A DNA stretch of 64,000 bases, taken from positions 100,817-164,816 of the forward strand of contig NDHX01000001.1 in assembly GCA_013626165.1 (NCBI GenBank), given 5' to 3'. Of the stretch, positions 59,881 to 64,000 are shown in pieces. The notes beneath the pieces were generated by a model. It searched no databases. It saw only the letters and a program-made list of their open reading frames with translations, and was not told where the DNA came from. Source of the DNA: Candidatus Velesiimonas alkalicola (GTDB taxonomy: Bacteria; Omnitrophota; Gorgyraeia; Velesiimonadales; Velesiimonadaceae). Every line of letters starts with the position of its first letter. Within the stretch, counting starts at the first letter, position 1. A program made the translations under genes and the position numbers.

Positions 59881-61185
59881 ATGAGAAAGATGAGTCTATC
59901 TTGTTTATATGCAAGTTTATTATTTTTTATATTTATCCCCTTATTTTTATCTTCTGTCAAAGCAAGCCCCCCCTTAAGCCAGGAAATGGCAGAACAGTTT
60001 ATGGAGGAAGTTATCTCCGAGAAAAAAGTAAAGAAACAGCAGCTGCAGATAGTTTCGCAAGAACATATACAGAAGGGGATATTATTACATAAACAGGAAA
60101 AATATCAGGAGGCGCTGAATGAATTCCAGGCGGCATTGCAAGCAAGCCCCGAAAACAAGGAGGCATCTTCCTGGGTTAAAAAATGCAAGGCGATAATGGA
60201 AAGGTCAGGCGCAAACTTTTATCATGAGGGCAGAGCGCTTTATAGAAACAAGCAATACAATAAAGCGCTTGAATCATTTAAGAAAGTGCCGCAGGATAAT
60301 CGAATGTACAAAATAGCAAAACAATGGATTTCAAGAGCAGAAGAACAGATTAAGAAAGAAAAAGAGAGAAAATTTAAGACAGAACAAAGGTTGTCTGTAA
60401 GAAAGGCTGAAGATATAAAAAGGGATATTTTTGCAAGCGGGAAAAATGCCTTTAGAAAAGGTAATTATGAAATTGCAGAGGCAAACTTTGCAGAGCTTTT
60501 ACAAAGAGAACCTGGCAACAAAGAGGCAGAAGAATGGTTAAAAATTACAAGAAGAGAAAGAGAAAAAACATTGGCCAAAATTTCTGCGAAAGATGCAGTT
60601 GCAGATATGAAAGTTGCCGAGATTAAAAAAGATGCCACAGAAAAAGAAATGATGTTAGAAGTGGAAAGGGCATATTCTCCTGAAAGAAGAGTAGGCCCAG
60701 GCATTGAAGAAATTGAAAAATTGGACCCTGATGAATTACTGAGAAAGCAGATGAAAGACAAACTTGAGGCACTTCCTTTTGTTCAGACTGTTGACTTTAT
60801 AGGTGCAGATATATCAGATGTTATAAGAATGTTGATGACAATGACAGGTATAAACATAATGCTTGATGAGGTAGCGGTAAAGAGAGTGCATCCCGGAGGA
60901 TTTTCTATAACATTTAAAACAGTCTCACCAATGCCGCTTTTAAGCCTTTTAGATATGGTACTAAAAGCAAGTAGATTAGGTTATAAAATAGAACCATATT
61001 ATGTATGGATATCTGATAAAGAAACACTTAAAGCAGAAGAAATTATTCTGAAAACATATCAATTAAGATATGGAGCAAGAAGAGCAAGAGAGGTTGAAAT
61101 AGATAGAGATAGAGAAGATAGAAGAGATAGAAGAGATGGAGAAGATAGAAGAGATGGAGAAGATAGAAGAGATAGAGGACGCTAA
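59881..61185 (+). CDS. secreted TPR-repeat protein with a secretin-N/STN-like domain and an RD-repeat C-terminal tail
   Basis: Signal peptide and TPR-like repeats. LPFVQTVDFIGADISDVIRMLM..INIMLD resembles a secretin N-terminal domain. The tail DRDREDRRDRRDGEDRRDGEDRRDRGR comes from a 21-nt purine-rich tandem repeat. Confidence 0.55.
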   Translation: MRKMSLSCLYASLLFFIFIPLFLSSVKASPPLSQEMAEQFMEEVISEKKVKKQQLQIVSQEHIQKGILLHKQEKYQEALNEFQAALQASPENKEASSWVKKCKAIMERSGANFYHEGRALYRNKQYNKALESFKKVPQDNRMYKIAKQWISRAEEQIKKEKERKFKTEQRLSVRKAEDIKRDIFASGKNAFRKGNYEIAEANFAELLQREPGNKEAEEWLKITRREREKTLAKISAKDAVADMKVAEIKKDATEKEMMLEVERAYSPERRVGPGIEEIEKLDPDELLRKQMKDKLEALPFVQTVDFIGADISDVIRMLMTMTGINIMLDEVAVKRVHPGGFSITFKTVSPMPLLSLLDMVLKASRLGYKIEPYYVWISDKETLKAEEIILKTYQLRYGARRAREVEIDRDREDRRDRRDGEDRRDGEDRRDRGR

Positions 61186-61410
61186 TTCGTTATTCCTGCG
61201 AAGACAGAAATCCAGTGTTTTTACTTCTGATACCATTGGAAAGTTCAAAAATAAAATGACCCACTATCGTGTGGGTGCCCCGAAATTAAAATTATACAAT
61301 CCATTTTGTGTGTGGATGCCCCAAATGTAAAATTACTTTAAAATTACTAAATTTTGTACTGTCATTTTGATATTAGATTTTTGATATTTGAATTTCAAAA
61401 AGAGGTGTGT

Positions 61411-62532
61411 ATGAAATATTTTAGGTATATTAAAACTTATATTTGCAGGAATAAGGAACGAAATAAGAAAAAATGGCTAACAGTTTTTATGTGTTTGATG
61501 TGTGTTTTCTTTTTTATCATTGCTGCTCCGGGACAGGAACCAACAATAGAACCGGGTGAAGGGATGTCCATTGACCAGTTTCTTTTGCAGGCGCTACCAC
61601 CAGAAGAAAGACGCGTTATCTCTTTTGACCCTGCAACAGGTATCCTTACAGTTAAAGATACAAAAACAAATCATGCCATTATAAGAGAACTTCTCAAAAA
61701 ATTTGATGCAGCTCCAAGACAGATAATGATAGAAGCAAAATTTGTTGAAGTTTCAGTTAAGGACTTAGACGAGTTTGGTATAGAATGGTATTTTTATCGT
61801 CCAGGTAGGGTTGATGATAAGTGGGCGCATTTTGGTGTAGGAGATCCCGGTAGACCGGATACGACAGGTATTTTTTGGACAGAAGGCCTTGCAAGGTTTC
61901 CAGCAACAGCAACCGGAGCAGATCTTTTTGTTTCAATCACAAAATTAAGAGGAGATTACTTAAGAGCATATCTTCATGCACTTGAAGAACAGGGTAAAGC
62001 AAACCTTCTTTCTGCGCCCCGTGTAACAACACTTTCAGGACGGCCGGCAATCATAGAGATTATAAGGGAAATCCCTTATACAAGCGAATTTAGGACAGAT
62101 AATATAGGAACCGCAGAGAATCCCATCTGGCGCAGAACATATACTACAGACATAGAAGAGATTGGCATTACTCTGGAGGTTATCCCAACTGTTGGAGAAG
62201 GAACAGATATTATTACACTTGATATATACCCTTCTGTTGATGTTTTAAAGGACCGTATTCCCATACATGCATTAATTCCTAAAGAGATGGGACAGCCTGT
62301 TATTGATACAAGAACAACAGAAACAAGTGTATATGTAAAAAGTGGGTCAACAATTATATTGGGTGGATTGATAAAGGATGAAGACCTTATTACTGAAAAA
62401 AGGGTTCCTTTAATAAGCAGTATTCCGCTTCTCGGGAATCTGTTTAAGTACAAACACAGGACCAGGGAAAAAACAAACCTTCTTATATTTATAACTGCAA
62501 CCCTTATCACCGTGGATGGAGAAGAAATATGA
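61411..62532 (+). CDS. secretin (GspD/PilQ family), short form, paralog 1
   Basis: N3-like domain IMIEAKFVEVSVKDLDEFGIEW. Secretin C-domain LLSAPRVTTLSGRPA..., VPLISSIPLLGNLFKY...NLLIFITATLI. Confidence 0.8.
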   Translation: MKYFRYIKTYICRNKERNKKKWLTVFMCLMCVFFFIIAAPGQEPTIEPGEGMSIDQFLLQALPPEERRVISFDPATGILTVKDTKTNHAIIRELLKKFDAAPRQIMIEAKFVEVSVKDLDEFGIEWYFYRPGRVDDKWAHFGVGDPGRPDTTGIFWTEGLARFPATATGADLFVSITKLRGDYLRAYLHALEEQGKANLLSAPRVTTLSGRPAIIEIIREIPYTSEFRTDNIGTAENPIWRRTYTTDIEEIGITLEVIPTVGEGTDIITLDIYPSVDVLKDRIPIHALIPKEMGQPVIDTRTTETSVYVKSGSTIILGGLIKDEDLITEKRVPLISSIPLLGNLFKYKHRTREKTNLLIFITATLITVDGEEI

Positions 62533-63740
62533 TAACAAAAATAGGCGACAGGAGACAGACAACGGGTTACAGGAAAATAAATCAATTACTAATTAAATCA
62601 AGGACAGGAATAGATTTAGTGATATTTTGTTTTATTATTTTATTTACTGCTTTTAATCCGATCTGTAATAAAGCATTTGCGCAGGAAGAAGAGGTAATCG
62701 CTGGCACAACAATAAGAGACTGGCTTTTAAGTTCTTTAGGGCCTGACCCTACAGGCAGAAGAAAAATTGTTCTTTATGAACCTACAGGACTTCTTGTTGT
62801 TACTGCAACAGCCACAGAACATGCAAACATAAAAGAACTTATTGATTTATGGGAAAAAAGGGCCGGGAAAGCACAAATTTTAATAGAGGCAAGGTTTATT
62901 GAAGTTGCACTGGCTGACCTTGCCGATATGGGTATAGAATGGCAGGATATAAGGTATCATACAAGAAAAGATAGAAGACCCCCCCTAATACCCGGCGGGG
63001 AAAGAGGATGGGATGGGAGTGACTTTTATGTGGGTCCAGGAATAGACGGGAGAGGTCCTGCCCGGACAGGAACAGGGTTTGGTATCCCCCTTGCAGGCAT
63101 AGGAGGTGGACTGGGCCTTTTTTTGGGTAAGACCACACTTAATAGAACACAGGTTCAGATGTATCTTCATGCTTTGCAACGGTTAGACAAGGTAAATCTT
63201 ATTTCTTCGCCAAAACTTACAACCATATCAGGACAGACAGCGAACATAGAGATTATAACGCGGCTTCCATATGCAACAAATGTAACAAGGACAAACCAGG
63301 GGACTGCAGAACGCCCAATCTGGGTAGATACATATGATATTGATGAAGAAATTGCAGGTATTATATTTGAGGTTACTCCAACTGCTGTTCTTGATTCAAT
63401 GATAATAAATCTTGACTTACATCCGGAAATTAGGGCACTTATTGACAGAATTCCCGTTGTAGACAGTCCTGAATTCCCTAAAGAATTAGGTTGGCCTATT
63501 ATAGATGTAAGAAGCATAGAGACGAGCATGAGCATAAGAAGCGGCCAGACGGTGGTGATGGGAGGGCTTATAAAAGATGATGATATAAGAACAGAAAGAA
63601 AGGTTCCAGTCCTTGGTAATATACCTTTATTGGGTTCATTATTTAGATATGAGACACAAGACAGAAAAAAAAGAAACCTTGTAATATTTTTAACTGCAAC
63701 ACTTATAACACCCGAAGGCGAACCATTTGAGGGACACTGA
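62529..63740 (+). CDS. secretin (GspD/PilQ family), short form, paralog 2
   Basis: ATGA overlap with paralog 1. ILIEARFIEVALADLADMGIEW, LISSPKLTTISGQTA..., VPVLGNIPLLGSLFRY..NLVIFLTATLI. Confidence 0.8.
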   Translation: MITKIGDRRQTTGYRKINQLLIKSRTGIDLVIFCFIILFTAFNPICNKAFAQEEEVIAGTTIRDWLLSSLGPDPTGRRKIVLYEPTGLLVVTATATEHANIKELIDLWEKRAGKAQILIEARFIEVALADLADMGIEWQDIRYHTRKDRRPPLIPGGERGWDGSDFYVGPGIDGRGPARTGTGFGIPLAGIGGGLGLFLGKTTLNRTQVQMYLHALQRLDKVNLISSPKLTTISGQTANIEIITRLPYATNVTRTNQGTAERPIWVDTYDIDEEIAGIIFEVTPTAVLDSMIINLDLHPEIRALIDRIPVVDSPEFPKELGWPIIDVRSIETSMSIRSGQTVVMGGLIKDDDIRTERKVPVLGNIPLLGSLFRYETQDRKKRNLVIFLTATLITPEGEPFEGH

Positions 63741-63744
63741 AAAA

Positions 63745-63812
63745 GGTGACAGGCGACCGGCAACAGATGCTCTGGTGCTCTGGTGCTCTGGTGCCCTGGT
63801 GTTCCAGTCACC
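63745..63812 (+). repeat. GGTGACAGGCGACCGG + (GCTCTGGT)x4 octamer array + inverted GGTGACTGGAA
   Basis: ggtgacaggcgaccggcaacagatgctctggtgctctggtgctctggtgccctggtgttccagtcacc. Confidence 0.7.
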
Positions 63813-63829
63813 TTAAAAAAGGAAGGAAT

Positions 63830-64000
63830 ATGAAAAAGATTACCGGGATATGTCTGATAATAGTTGGGATTTGTTGTTCGGGTTATGTCTTAGTCTCAAT
63901 AGCACAACAAAGTGTTAGAAGGCCGATTATTGTAAGCACATCAGGACTGGATGTTTATAAGGACCAGTCTCTTGAAGTTAGGGGTATAATAAGCGTAAGT
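63830..64000 (+). CDS. hypothetical membrane protein, 3'-truncated by the window edge
   Basis: ATG after AAGGAAGG. MKKITGICLIIVGICCSGYVLV... (N-terminal TM helix). Confidence 0.4.
   Translation, partial: MKKITGICLIIVGICCSGYVLVSIAQQSVRRPIIVSTSGLDVYKDQSLEVRGIISVS

Overview
AT-rich bacterial window (roughly high-30s % GC by eye). The organism appears diderm: it encodes an outer-membrane beta-barrel protein and secretins. Content from 5' to 3': (1) housekeeping genes: partial mnmA, a LarE-like PP-loop ATPase, a nitroreductase, murJ, uvrC, a fused two-module M16 peptidase, xerD, ndk, a ferredoxin, rsfS and pdxJ. (2) A probable accessory block: a sigma70 promoter with a long leader, a DUF2229-type double-domain protein and a BcrAD/HgdC-type activase ATPase, then a visibly GC-richer RelE/antitoxin pair, then an OMP beta-barrel gene. 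(3) An almost uninterrupted, + strand translation/transcription super-cluster running rplM-rpsI, tRNA-Thr, tuf, rpmG, tRNA-Trp, secE, nusG, rplKAJL, rpoBC, rpsLG, fusA, tuf, then the S10, spc and alpha operons with adk, map, infA, rpmJ, secY and rpoA. (4) A leuC-like gene and a type IV pilus / secretin cluster: a pilM-N fusion, pilO, a TPR / secretin-N protein and two tandem secretins. The most striking non-coding signal is a mosaic intergenic repeat system. It consists of tandem heptamers G(T/G)AG(G/A)TA, which contain a perfect Shine-Dalgarno sequence; octamer/15-mer arrays CTGGTGC(T/A)C; and a GGTGACTGG...GGCACCAG connector. These are fused to two conserved structured modules. Module A is a 49-nt sequence identical before rplA and rplR. 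Module B is a ~70-nt three-hairpin element before rpsL and in the slot where rpsS should be. These repeats expand spacers between normally contiguous r-protein genes. They supply SD sequences and stop codons, encode a C-terminal tail on Adk, and build a terminator after tuf. rpsS and rpmD are absent from their canonical positions. A 1.3-kb tuf duplication carries the last 9 codons of fusA.
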